Positions 26,411 to 35,135 of a stretch of DNA of 64,000 nucleotides are shown here, piece by piece. A program made the translations under genes and the position numbers. The first letter of the stretch is position 1. Each line of letters starts with the position of its first letter. Where the stretch lies: the NCBI GenBank assembly GCA_017994635.1, contig JAGOKK010000001.1, positions 140 through 64,139 of the forward strand. The letters run 5' to 3'. The stretch comes from Candidatus Cloacimonadota bacterium. Its GTDB lineage: Bacteria; Cloacimonadota; Cloacimonadia; Cloacimonadales; Cloacimonadaceae. The notes under the pieces are model-generated. The model worked only from the letters and a program-made list of their open reading frames with translations, had not been told where the DNA came from and ran no database searches.

Positions 26411-27604
26411 ATGACAGTATTGATCATTGCGACCATGCTCCTGATCCTGCATTGGGTGTTGGAGTATCGCAGACACAGCCGGAATGTGGCCAGTATTCCC
26501 ATCCGCATTCATGTAAACGGCACGAGGGGAAAATCGAGTGTGACTCGTTTGATCGCCGCCGGCTTGAGAGCTGGGGGCAAAAAGACGATAGCCAAGATTA
26601 CTGGTACTTTGCCACGGGTAGTGCTTTCTGATGGCCGTGAAGCTGCCATTATCAGACTGCAGGGGGCGAACGTCATTGAGCAAAAGTACATCTATCGTTA
26701 TGCGGCAGGGGAAAAGCCAGATGCCATCGTGATCGAATGCATGGCAGTGAATCCCGTCTTTCAATGGATCACGGAACGTAAGTTTGTAAAAAGCACGATC
26801 AGCGTGATCACCAATTGCCGTCCTGATCATCTGGATTTGATGGGCAGCACTGTACAGAGCGTAACTATGAGTCTGGCCAACACCATCCCCACAGGCGGAG
26901 TATGCTTCACCGCAGAGACGCATATGTTCAGCATCTTGAAAAAAGTGGCCGACCGTCGCGGTTGCAAGATCCACAAGATCGTACCCAAGGACGTTACCGA
27001 CGTGGAGATGGCCGCCTTTCACCACATCGAGCATAAGGAAAACGTGCAGCTCGCGCTAGCAGTATGCGCCGAAGTCGGGATACCCAGAGACACAGCGCTC
27101 AAGGGAATGCAAGAAGCACATCCTGATCCTGGAGCCCTGAAGAAGTACCGGGTAGAAGACCGGGGTAAAGTGATCCAGTTTTACAACGTTTTTGCCGCTA
27201 ATGATCCCGAATCTACGGTTTATATCATCAATATGGTTACCGGCAACCTGAAGGACGTGCAGAAGATCATTATCATCAATTCCCGTGCCGATCGTCTATT
27301 CCGTTCACAACAATTGGTGGACGCCATGAAGCAAGTGGATTACAGCTATATCCTCCTCACCGGAGAAATCCCGGACAAGGTGGAAGCTTACGCTCTGGCC
27401 AATGGCATCCCCCGGGATCGTCTCTTTGCTCTGGGGCAGCCTCTGACTGAGAAGATATATCAGAAGGTTTGGGAACTGACACAGAAGGAATCTCACGTAC
27501 TGGGCATCGGCAATATCGCCGGTCAGGTGAAATACGGAGCACAGATCGTTGCTCACTTTAAACATAAAATACCTAAAGCGAATAAAGGAGCTGGTCGTGG
27601 TTGA
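26411..27604 (+). CDS. pgsB: Poly-gamma-glutamate synthase, Mur-ligase-like catalytic subunit PgsB/CapB
   Basis: 397 aa and collinear with Bacillus PgsB as I recall it: an N-terminal TM, then YRRHSRNVASIPIRIHVNGTRGKSSVTRL, ECMAVNP, DPGAL and NVFAANDPEST. Confidence 0.9.
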   Translation: MTVLIIATMLLILHWVLEYRRHSRNVASIPIRIHVNGTRGKSSVTRLIAAGLRAGGKKTIAKITGTLPRVVLSDGREAAIIRLQGANVIEQKYIYRYAAGEKPDAIVIECMAVNPVFQWITERKFVKSTISVITNCRPDHLDLMGSTVQSVTMSLANTIPTGGVCFTAETHMFSILKKVADRRGCKIHKIVPKDVTDVEMAAFHHIEHKENVQLALAVCAEVGIPRDTALKGMQEAHPDPGALKKYRVEDRGKVIQFYNVFAANDPESTVYIINMVTGNLKDVQKIIIINSRADRLFRSQQLVDAMKQVDYSYILLTGEIPDKVEAYALANGIPRDRLFALGQPLTEKIYQKVWELTQKESHVLGIGNIAGQVKYGAQIVAHFKHKIPKANKGAGRG

Positions 27605-28052
27605 AGCAGTAGTTCAAGCCGCAGTAGGAATCGGCGTAATCATCTCACTGATCTTTTCAGAATTATTAGGCGCGTCTGCCGGCGGTATCGTCGTGCCGGG
27701 CTATATTGCGCTGTATTTAGATAAACCCATGCAGATACTGGGCACGCTGATCATCAGTTTGCTCACTTGGGGCATCATCCGGCTGATCAGCCAGTTTACC
27801 CTGCTATTCGGCAAACGCCGCATGGTGTTGAGCATCCTCATCGGCTTCATCTTAGGTTGGGCATCACGCATGTTGGTGGTACACGAGCTTACCATTCACC
27901 AGTTACAGATGCAATCCATCGGTTACATTGTACCCGGCCTCATCGCCAATTGGTTTGAGCGCCAGGGCTTTTGGAAGACTGTTTCCACCATCGCCATCGC
28001 AGCAGTATTGGTGCGTTTGATGCTGATGGTAGTATTTGGTGGGGAGGTGTAA
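27597..28052 (+). CDS. pgsC: Poly-gamma-glutamate synthase membrane subunit PgsC/CapC
   Basis: About 151 aa with GGIVVPGYIALY and GYIVPGLIANWFERQG, matching PgsC hallmarks. I chose the GTG start at 27597 after an AAAGGAG RBS; the ORF-track start at 27549 lies inside pgsB. Confidence 0.9.
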   Translation: MVEAVVQAAVGIGVIISLIFSELLGASAGGIVVPGYIALYLDKPMQILGTLIISLLTWGIIRLISQFTLLFGKRRMVLSILIGFILGWASRMLVVHELTIHQLQMQSIGYIVPGLIANWFERQGFWKTVSTIAIAAVLVRLMLMVVFGGEV

Positions 28053-28053
28053 G

Positions 28054-29172
28054 ATGATGTATCGTCCCTCCTTGAAATCCGGCCTCAGCCTCATTCTGTT
28101 AAGTGTGCTTGCCGTCGGTCTCTATCTGGTGGCTGCATACAGCTTTGTAGAAATCAAAAGCGATCATCATGAAGAGAAGCTGGCAGCGGTGAATCTAATG
28201 CAGAGCTATCTGGATGCCTTGCAGGACGAAATCTCCGCTCGCGGCATCGAGATCGATCCCATCAATGATCCCTTCCAGACTGGCCTGATTGGTCACCGTC
28301 TCTCTGCCATCACCACCGACCGCGGACTGCTCTCCGAGAAACAGGCAGCCATCAATCCCAATATCGCAGCCATCTTTGTGGATGAACTCAGCCGCGCAAA
28401 ACAGGGTGAAAAGATTGCCGTGGGTATCACCGGAAGCAACCCTGCTGTAAACTTGGCACTTTATGCCGCCATCTCAGTGCTGGAGCTTGACCCCGTGATC
28501 ATCACCTCACTTTCTTCTGCCTCATACGGTGCAAACCGCGAAGAGCTTACCTGGCTGGATATGGAAAACATCCTCAAGGATCGTGGCTTGCTAGATTTCG
28601 GATCCCGTTATGCCTCTTTGGGTGGCAGCGAAGATCTGGGCGTGGGGCTTTCGGACAACGGGCTGGCCATGCTCAAAAATGCCATGCAAAGAAATGGTGT
28701 GCCTCTCTTGGCAGGTAAGAATCTGGATGAAAACGTGGATTTGAGAATGGCAGCTTATCACGAGCTTTTAGGTGAGCAGAAACGCTACCGTTTGTTTGTA
28801 AACATCGGGGGCGGCCTGGCTAACGTGGGTAGTGAGCCCAACGCCCGATTGATCCCCGAAGGATTGAATACCAAACTGGCAGAACGCAATTTTGAAAAAG
28901 AAGGCGTGATGATGAAGATGGCCAAGAACAACGTTCCTGTGCTTCATGTCCGCCGCATCCTGCGCTGGGCCCGCAATTATCAATTGAACCTCGCTGTGGA
29001 CCACAAACCAGTTCCCGGAGAAGGCGCGGTCTTCAGTTCCACCATTCATAACGTCACGATATCGTCCATATGCCTTGCGCTGCTGATCCTGGCTATCATC
29101 GCCGTGATAATCTTTGATCGTCATGACCGCAGGTTTATGGCGAATATCGTGGATCCCGATGAAGAGCTGTAA
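28054..29172 (+). CDS. Poly-gamma-glutamate system protein occupying the PgsA/CapA position (not recognisably CapA-like)
   Basis: About 372 aa with an N-terminal TM (LSLILLSVLAVGLYLVAAY) and a C-terminal TM (ICLALLILAIIAVIIF). The ATG at 28054 follows GGGGAGG. I recall a 'poly-gamma-glutamate system protein' family that co-occurs with pgsBC in CapA-less loci, but assignment here rests on context and is unverified. Confidence 0.5.
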   Translation: MMYRPSLKSGLSLILLSVLAVGLYLVAAYSFVEIKSDHHEEKLAAVNLMQSYLDALQDEISARGIEIDPINDPFQTGLIGHRLSAITTDRGLLSEKQAAINPNIAAIFVDELSRAKQGEKIAVGITGSNPAVNLALYAAISVLELDPVIITSLSSASYGANREELTWLDMENILKDRGLLDFGSRYASLGGSEDLGVGLSDNGLAMLKNAMQRNGVPLLAGKNLDENVDLRMAAYHELLGEQKRYRLFVNIGGGLANVGSEPNARLIPEGLNTKLAERNFEKEGVMMKMAKNNVPVLHVRRILRWARNYQLNLAVDHKPVPGEGAVFSSTIHNVTISSICLALLILAIIAVIIFDRHDRRFMANIVDPDEEL

Positions 29173-29179
29173 AGGAATA

Positions 29180-30007
29180 ATGAAGATGAATAAATGTATA
29201 GTAACAGTACTGGCCTGTGTATTGGCTACCTCTGCCCTGATCGGGCAGACCGTACGTACCCGCATCATGAGCTTTGAAAATCCGGGTAACCGTCGCATTT
29301 TAAAGACAGAAAGCGTAAATCAATGGTATTATCGCTCCCTGCCAGAACGGACGATGAAACTGAACGTGGAAGGAGTGCAAAAAGTGCAATTGCGCAGCTT
29401 CGGCATCGAAGCCCTCCGGAAGCCCCAGATTCACCTGATCTTCGGCAAGGATAAAGTAACTTATGATCTGAAACTAAGCCATCGTCTGGATGGCTACTAT
29501 ATGTACGACAACATCGAGTTTGAGATTCCCCAGGGTGCCAAGACAGTGGAAGTCCTCTGTTATCCTCGCAGCATCTATATGCGCGCTTTTCAGATGATCA
29601 CCATCCAGCCCAAACCCAAGAAAGTGAAGACACCAGACAGGGAAATCAAGGCACACGCGGGAATGATCGATGTCAATCACAATTCCACTTCCAGCGAGTA
29701 TTATACCTTCAATTCAGCCCAGGCTCTCCGGTTTAGCCTCAATAACGGCCGCGACGGAGTGGTGTATCTCCGGGCCCGGCTAACCGACCGCACTTTGCCC
29801 AGATTTAGCCTGTACAAAGACGGCGTGAAGGTGGATAGCTATGAATTCGGTCTGTCCAGAAGCACCAAATTCAGCGCTACAGGTGTAAAATACCTGACTA
29901 TAGGTAAAAAAATAGTCCTGCCCGCTAATGACGGCAGCTCCGAATACGAATTGAGAGCGGATAGTGATCATATGTTTATGGCGCGTCCCCTGATGCTTAA
30001 AAAATAG
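29180..30007 (+). CDS. Hypothetical secreted protein (signal peptide, basic)
   Basis: About 275 aa with the signal peptide MKMNKCIVTVLACVLATSALIGQ. No family recognised. It starts 8 nt after the upstream stop. Confidence 0.5.
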   Translation: MKMNKCIVTVLACVLATSALIGQTVRTRIMSFENPGNRRILKTESVNQWYYRSLPERTMKLNVEGVQKVQLRSFGIEALRKPQIHLIFGKDKVTYDLKLSHRLDGYYMYDNIEFEIPQGAKTVEVLCYPRSIYMRAFQMITIQPKPKKVKTPDREIKAHAGMIDVNHNSTSSEYYTFNSAQALRFSLNNGRDGVVYLRARLTDRTLPRFSLYKDGVKVDSYEFGLSRSTKFSATGVKYLTIGKKIVLPANDGSSEYELRADSDHMFMARPLMLKK

Positions 30008-30015
30008 GTAGCCTT

Positions 30016-31146
30016 ATGCAAAATACTGACAACCTCGATCCGGACAAAGTTCGCGAGATCTATCCGGAAGGCGCGGAAGGCCAAAAGCAAAACGAACCCA
30101 AACGAATAAGGGGTACCCGAAGCCTTACGCGGCGTAAAAACTTCCGTCCCATCATTCTTTGCTTTGTGATGATGATCCTCTTTGGCACCGGCTTACACGC
30201 CGCTCTGGAGGGTGAAATCAGCCTGGGCCTGGGATATTCTGACAACGTGTTTCAGCTTTCGGATTATGATATGGACCGCTGGGACAATGAGCATGAAAAC
30301 CTCAGCTATGTTCAGACCACGGATGATCTGAGCATTAGCACCAGACTCGATCTGGCTTATCCCATAAAGTACAAATGGTGGAAGTTTACCCCCTCCGTTA
30401 GCGGAGTTATCACCAGGAATATTAGCAATACCGATAAACGCAGGCAAGATACTCTGCTTCGCTTTCGCGTGGATCGTCATTACTGGAGCGCCAGTGCTCT
30501 TTACGGTTATTATCCCGAGATCTACTATAGGCATTTTAACGATAGCGATGGCACGGGAGAGCTGCAGAAATATTCCTACGAACGCAATCTGTACCGCGCC
30601 GATCTGATCCTCAGGCCGATCAAAAACCTCACTGCTTTTGGTAATCTCAGATACGAGGATCTTTATTATAACCAGTACTTCACTGAGGCCGACGGTAATA
30701 CGCTGACCACAGAGCTCGGTGCGCGCTATAGCTTCCAGACCATCTCGGTGCAAGGTTCATACAGCTTCAGGGAATACAAGGCGGACTCAGACCAGGTACC
30801 CAGTGCAAATGACGGCAGCTATGAAAGCAACATCTATAAAGGAGTCCTGCGCTACAAAATGATGCCCATTGTGGGCAATAGCACTGCGAAAACCGGATGG
30901 CAACCCTATCTGGAGCTTAGCCGCGAAGATCGCTATTATCAGGGAAATGACGACTGGTATGGCGGCAGAGAGTATTCCAGCACAAATACTAAGGCTGGCG
31001 TGAATGTGAAGCTTTCTCCAAAATGGAATTTATCCCTTGACTACTTACACATCTTCAGGAATGTAGATTCACCCAATGAGAGCGTGACGCGCTTGAAGGA
31101 ATTCAGCGAGAACCGTCTCTCCGCAATGGTGAAATATAAGTTCTAG
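30016..31146 (+). CDS. Hypothetical outer-membrane beta-barrel-like protein
   Basis: 376 aa. A signal-like segment (RRKNFRPIILCFVMMILFGTGLHAA) follows a ~35-aa charged extension. The mature part is rich in Tyr/Arg/Asp/Gly with alternating hydrophobicity, and the protein ends VKYKF (aromatic terminal residue typical of OMPs). Confidence 0.5.
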   Translation: MQNTDNLDPDKVREIYPEGAEGQKQNEPKRIRGTRSLTRRKNFRPIILCFVMMILFGTGLHAALEGEISLGLGYSDNVFQLSDYDMDRWDNEHENLSYVQTTDDLSISTRLDLAYPIKYKWWKFTPSVSGVITRNISNTDKRRQDTLLRFRVDRHYWSASALYGYYPEIYYRHFNDSDGTGELQKYSYERNLYRADLILRPIKNLTAFGNLRYEDLYYNQYFTEADGNTLTTELGARYSFQTISVQGSYSFREYKADSDQVPSANDGSYESNIYKGVLRYKMMPIVGNSTAKTGWQPYLELSREDRYYQGNDDWYGGREYSSTNTKAGVNVKLSPKWNLSLDYLHIFRNVDSPNESVTRLKEFSENRLSAMVKYKF

Positions 31147-31160
31147 GATGTGAGGTAGCC

Positions 31161-31475
31161 ATGCAGTTTCGCAAAGAGGATAACAAAAAGAAGATAAAAG
31201 AGTTCCTCGATCTGGTGGAGAACCACAAGGTAGAGATCCGGCATTACAAGAATCCCGTCTTGGTCTGGGCAGTAAACGAGGGCGTGTGTCATTACTCCCT
31301 TTGGGAAGATGAAACCCTAAATCGTTTTGGCTTGGAAAATGTGGACGGGTGGGACTTTGAGGAAGATCTGCTCTTTTGTCCCGATTGGATCGCCGACGAC
31401 GATAACGACGATGATTTTGACGATGACGATGATGATGAGGATCTCTGCAAATTCTGTGAAAAGATAATCAAATGA
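31161..31475 (+). CDS. Small hypothetical protein with a poly-Asp tail and a terminal CxxC
   Basis: 104 aa. The C-terminus reads DWIADDDNDDDFDDDDDDEDLCKFCEKIIK. The stop overlaps the gpsA start (ATGA). Confidence 0.5.
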   Translation: MQFRKEDNKKKIKEFLDLVENHKVEIRHYKNPVLVWAVNEGVCHYSLWEDETLNRFGLENVDGWDFEEDLLFCPDWIADDDNDDDFDDDDDDEDLCKFCEKIIK

Positions 31476-32494
31476 AGATAGCAGTCTTTGGTGGGGGCGG
31501 TTGGGGGCTGGCTCTATCCAAACTACTGGCTGAAAACGGTCATCAACTCCTGGTTTGGGAGTACAATCCCCGCAATTTTACCCTCCTTAAACAGAATCAC
31601 GGTAATCCACTGCTCCTCAAAGGAGTGGTGCTACCCGATGAAGTAGGCTTTACCGATAGCTTCAGGGAACTGGCGGAATTCGAGAGCGAGATCATTCTGC
31701 TGGCCACGCCCTCCCAATTCATCCGCAACACGCTAAACGGCATTCCCAAAGAGCTCTTTGAACGAATCTTCCTCTCGCCCTCTCTGAAGGCCATTGTAAA
31801 CGTGGCAAAAGGCATTGAGGAAGGGAGTCTGAAGACCATTGACCGCATCCTGTCTGAAGTACTGCCCGCCAGTGTACAATGCAAGATCTGTGCTCTATCT
31901 GGCCCCAGTCATGCGGAAGAAGTGGCTCGGGGAATTCCTACAACAGTGGTCGTGGCGGGAATAGACGAAGGGCTGCTCAAAGAATTGCAAGGGATATTTT
32001 CCAATAGCTATTTTCGCGTGTATCGCAGCCACGACATCATCGGAGTGGAAATCGGTGGAGCAGTAAAAAACATCATTGCCATAGCCGCCGGAATCGTAGC
32101 CGGGCTTGGCTATGGGGACAACACGATGGGCGCTCTTCTGACCCGAGGCATCGTGGAAATCGGCCGCTTTGGCAGCGCGTTGGGCGCTGATCCGGAAACC
32201 TTTATGGGGCTATCCGGCATTGGGGATCTGATCACCACTGCCATCAGTCCTCACAGCCGAAACAGATTTGTAGGGTATGAATTGGGCACAGGCAAGAATA
32301 TGGAGGAGATACTTGGCTCCATGGCAATGGTCGCCGAAGGGGTTGCCACCACCCGTAGCGTACGTTTCCTGGCGCGCGATATGGGGGTGGATATGCCGAT
32401 CGTGGAGCAAGTGTATCAGATTCTATATGAAGGCAAGAATCCCAGCATGGCAATGCAAGATCTCATGCTAAGGGATCTGAAAGCAGAGCGGTAG
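31472..32494 (+). CDS. gpsA: NAD(P)H-dependent glycerol-3-phosphate dehydrogenase
   Basis: 340 aa with MKIAVFGGGGWG, GPSHAEEV, GGAVKNIIAIAAG and GLSGIGDLI. Confidence 0.9.
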   Translation: MKIAVFGGGGWGLALSKLLAENGHQLLVWEYNPRNFTLLKQNHGNPLLLKGVVLPDEVGFTDSFRELAEFESEIILLATPSQFIRNTLNGIPKELFERIFLSPSLKAIVNVAKGIEEGSLKTIDRILSEVLPASVQCKICALSGPSHAEEVARGIPTTVVVAGIDEGLLKELQGIFSNSYFRVYRSHDIIGVEIGGAVKNIIAIAAGIVAGLGYGDNTMGALLTRGIVEIGRFGSALGADPETFMGLSGIGDLITTAISPHSRNRFVGYELGTGKNMEEILGSMAMVAEGVATTRSVRFLARDMGVDMPIVEQVYQILYEGKNPSMAMQDLMLRDLKAER

Positions 32495-32591
32495 CATTTA
32501 GCTGAACATTCAGTGGTGTACAATCAACCAGAAAGACGTGAGTCATGGATATTGATGTTAGTAACGTGATTTCCCAAGTTTATTTTCTCCT

Positions 32592-32686
32592 CACTCTGCC
32601 TGAATGCGCCTGCACTTTCCAACAGCATTCCAAAGTCATCCTGAGCGGGGCTTGGAGTGTGCTTGGGATGTGTTTGAATTGAGTAG
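32592..32686. repeat. Imperfect palindrome with 11-nt phased GCTTGGR/GTTTGAA units; possible diverged relative of the three GTTCARG elements
   Basis: The right arm reads gcttggagtgt gcttgggatgt gtttgaattga. The reverse complement of the left arm reads gctcaggatga ctttggaatgc tgttggaaagt. The centre is near 32647-32649. There are many mismatches and G:T pairs, so the call is weak. Confidence 0.35.
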
Positions 32687-32787
32687 CTGATATCACGGGG
32701 TACCACCATACATACACTATTTCAGCGATAGATGGCAGGCATTAATCAGGCCGGTGTAAAAAATGGGAAAACATATGGTCGTTTAGC

Positions 32788-32816
32788 TTGACAAATATCA
32801 AGCTTTGAAATACAAA
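32788..32816 (+). promoter_or_regulatory. Sigma-70-like promoter candidate (TTGACA N17 TACAAA) upstream of acyP
   Basis: ttgaca lies at 32788-32793, followed by a 17-nt spacer and tacaaa at 32811-32816, 26 nt before the acyP ATG. Promoter consensus in this lineage is unknown. Confidence 0.35.
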
Positions 32817-32841
32817 GGCCCGAAAGCTAAAGAGAGTCATT

Positions 32842-33111
32842 ATGCCGCGATGGGAGATCACAGTATTCGGTCGCGTCCAAGGCGTCGGATTTCGCTATTA
32901 TGTGCGACACTGCGCTGAAAAACTGGGCGTATTCGGTTTCGTAAAGAACCTGTCAGATGGTACGGTTTATATCCTTGCCGAAGCGGAAGAACGCGCTTTT
33001 GAGAGCTTTTGCCGGCTGTTAAACCTGGGAAATTCATATTCCCGGGTAAGCAAGCTGGACATTCAGAAATTGGATTCCGAAAATAGATATCATGATTTTG
33101 AGATTAGATAA
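32842..33111 (+). CDS. acyP: Acylphosphatase
   Basis: 89 aa with the signature VFGRVQGVGFRYYV and GFVKNLSDGTV. Confidence 0.9.
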   Translation: MPRWEITVFGRVQGVGFRYYVRHCAEKLGVFGFVKNLSDGTVYILAEAEERAFESFCRLLNLGNSYSRVSKLDIQKLDSENRYHDFEIR

Positions 33112-34222
33112 ACTGCGACAACTGATGCTGGTAGCCATGGTGGCTTTGCCACTCTTAGCATCAGCCCAGGATGTGATACACAGAGTAAAAAAAGGCGATA
33201 CCCTGTACGCGCTCAGCCGCAGGTACGGGGTTAGCGTTCAATCCATCCAAAAGCTCAATAACATGAGCGGTTCGTCGCTATCCATTGGTCAGAAATTGAT
33301 CATCAAGAAAGCAGCTCCAGCCCCCAAGAAGCCTCCCGTTGATGAAAGCGTTACCCCTTCCCAAGTACCCACAATCACTCCCAGCACTCAAAAGCAATAT
33401 ACGATCAAGCGGGGAGATAACCTCTATCGCATAGCCAAAAGCCATGATATCAGCATGGACGACCTCTTGAAGTGGAACAACTTTAAAAACGCATCTGTGG
33501 CGATTTATCCCGGGCAAAGAGTATATGTGCAAGACCCCGGTGAACTGCCTGAGGCGGCAGCGCTTAAACCACAGTTTGATCCCGATCAACCAGTGATCAG
33601 CACCACAGCAGAACCGGACACGGTAGTAATCGAGAAAGTTTACATCGTGCAGCCAAAAGATACCCTCTTTAAGATCTCCCGGGAAAACAACATCAGCGTA
33701 GAAGAACTGAAGCGCATCAATTCGCTGAGCTCAAACGATATCTCGGTGGGACAAAAGCTCTATCTGGCAGGTAATCCCAGACCTGCTGGCAGCCAGACTT
33801 TCCGCCCCTCCATAACCGAGGAAGAGCTGATGAAAATGGATAAGGTGAGAACAGATCTGATGATGCCAGTGGAAGCCAAGATTCTCTCGGAATATGGCTT
33901 GCGCAATGGCAGGCCGCACAAGGGAATAGATCTGGGAGCGAAGACCGGCACCCCTATCTACGCCGTCCTGGATGGCACTGTAGTATATTCTGGGGTTCAG
34001 GGAGCCTATGGGAACGTGGTGGTTCTGGAACATCCGGATTTTGTAATGACCGTGTACGCACACAACGAGAAAAACTTGGTGAGCGTGGGTGATAAGGTAA
34101 ACCGGGGACAGCAGATTGCTACGATCGGCTCCACGGGTAATGCCACAGGACCGCATCTGCATTTTGAGTATCGCATCAAGGGTAAGGCAATCAACCCACG
34201 CAAGGTTTTACCGCTGAATTAG
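33092..34222 (+). CDS. Secreted peptidoglycan hydrolase: three LysM domains plus an M23 metallopeptidase
   Basis: It has a signal peptide and three LysM repeats (VKKGDTLYALSRRYGVS..., YTIKRGDNLYRIAKSHDIS..., YIVQPKDTLFKISRENNIS...). The M23 motifs HKGIDLGA and GPHLHFEY are present. Confidence 0.9.
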   Translation: MILRLDKLRQLMLVAMVALPLLASAQDVIHRVKKGDTLYALSRRYGVSVQSIQKLNNMSGSSLSIGQKLIIKKAAPAPKKPPVDESVTPSQVPTITPSTQKQYTIKRGDNLYRIAKSHDISMDDLLKWNNFKNASVAIYPGQRVYVQDPGELPEAAALKPQFDPDQPVISTTAEPDTVVIEKVYIVQPKDTLFKISRENNISVEELKRINSLSSNDISVGQKLYLAGNPRPAGSQTFRPSITEEELMKMDKVRTDLMMPVEAKILSEYGLRNGRPHKGIDLGAKTGTPIYAVLDGTVVYSGVQGAYGNVVVLEHPDFVMTVYAHNEKNLVSVGDKVNRGQQIATIGSTGNATGPHLHFEYRIKGKAINPRKVLPLN

Positions 34223-34232
34223 GATGTAATCT

Positions 34233-35120
34233 ATGTATCGAGGACAGAAACGAGAGAGTGTATTTGCCGATAAAGCCCTTCAGACTTATCTAGCAGAGAT
34301 ATCAAAGTATAAAGCGCTATCCCGTGAAGAAGAACATGAGCTGGGAATCAAGGCTCGAAACGGCGACCCCGAGGCAATGAACAGGCTGATCCAGGCAAAT
34401 CTGAAGTTTGTGGTGAAGATCGCGGCGAGATACCAAAACCGCGGCCTGTCTCTATCCGAACTTATTAGCGAAGGGAATATCGGGCTGATCAGAGCAATCG
34501 AGAAATTCGATCCCGACAAAGATATCAAACTGATATCTTACGCCATCTGGTGGATCAAGCAACGCATCATGCTAGCCGTATCAGAAAAATCCTCCCTGAT
34601 CCGTGTACCTCTGGGTAAATCTAGTACTGCACATCGCATCAAAGCCACTCAGGAGCGCTACTATTCAGAAACCGGAAAAGCCGCTTCCAATGAGGAATTG
34701 GCCGATAAACTAAACATCACAGAAAAATCCATAGATATGCTGAGGGACCAGATCCCAGAGACCTCTTCTTTTGACGACATCATGGTGGCGGGGGATTATC
34801 AGAGTTTCTCCACCAAAGACATGATGGAAGACAAGGACACTCTGGACCCCAAACAGCTTTATGAACAGGATCGTCTGCATAGCCGCATCAATAATGCCAT
34901 CGATAAATTGGAAAAGCGGGAGGCAGAGATTATCAGAACCTATTTTGGTCTCAATGACAAGCAGGAAAGCAAGAACTTCGCCCAAATAGCCGAAGTGATG
35001 GGGCTCTCCCGCGAACGCGTGCGCCAGATCCAAAAAGAAGCCCTGAAGAAGATCCTGGTGGCTATGAAGCCAGAAGAGGACGGTTTCGTAGATGAGTTTA
35101 TGGAGAAGTACAACTATTAA
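34233..35120 (+). CDS. RNA polymerase sigma factor, RpoD/SigA (sigma-70) family, short form without region 1.1
   Basis: 295 aa. Region 2 reads NLKFVVKIAARYQNRGLSLSELISEGNIGLIRAIEKFD and YAIWWIKQRI. Region 4 reads MGLSRERVRQIQKEALKKI. Confidence 0.85.
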   Translation: MYRGQKRESVFADKALQTYLAEISKYKALSREEEHELGIKARNGDPEAMNRLIQANLKFVVKIAARYQNRGLSLSELISEGNIGLIRAIEKFDPDKDIKLISYAIWWIKQRIMLAVSEKSSLIRVPLGKSSTAHRIKATQERYYSETGKAASNEELADKLNITEKSIDMLRDQIPETSSFDDIMVAGDYQSFSTKDMMEDKDTLDPKQLYEQDRLHSRINNAIDKLEKREAEIIRTYFGLNDKQESKNFAQIAEVMGLSRERVRQIQKEALKKILVAMKPEEDGFVDEFMEKYNY

Positions 35121-35135
35121 AGGAGTTAACTAGCT

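Noticed and set aside
26291-27034. 247-aa minus-strand ORF, plus the 123-aa ORF at 26137-26508
   Set aside because: They are antisense to pgsB and to the pgsB upstream region. pgsB is unambiguous, and these ORFs have no start context or motifs.
32524-32709. 61-aa minus-strand ORF in the gpsA-acyP gap
   Set aside because: It has no RBS or motif and overlaps the palindromic repeat-like region. I treat the gap as non-coding.
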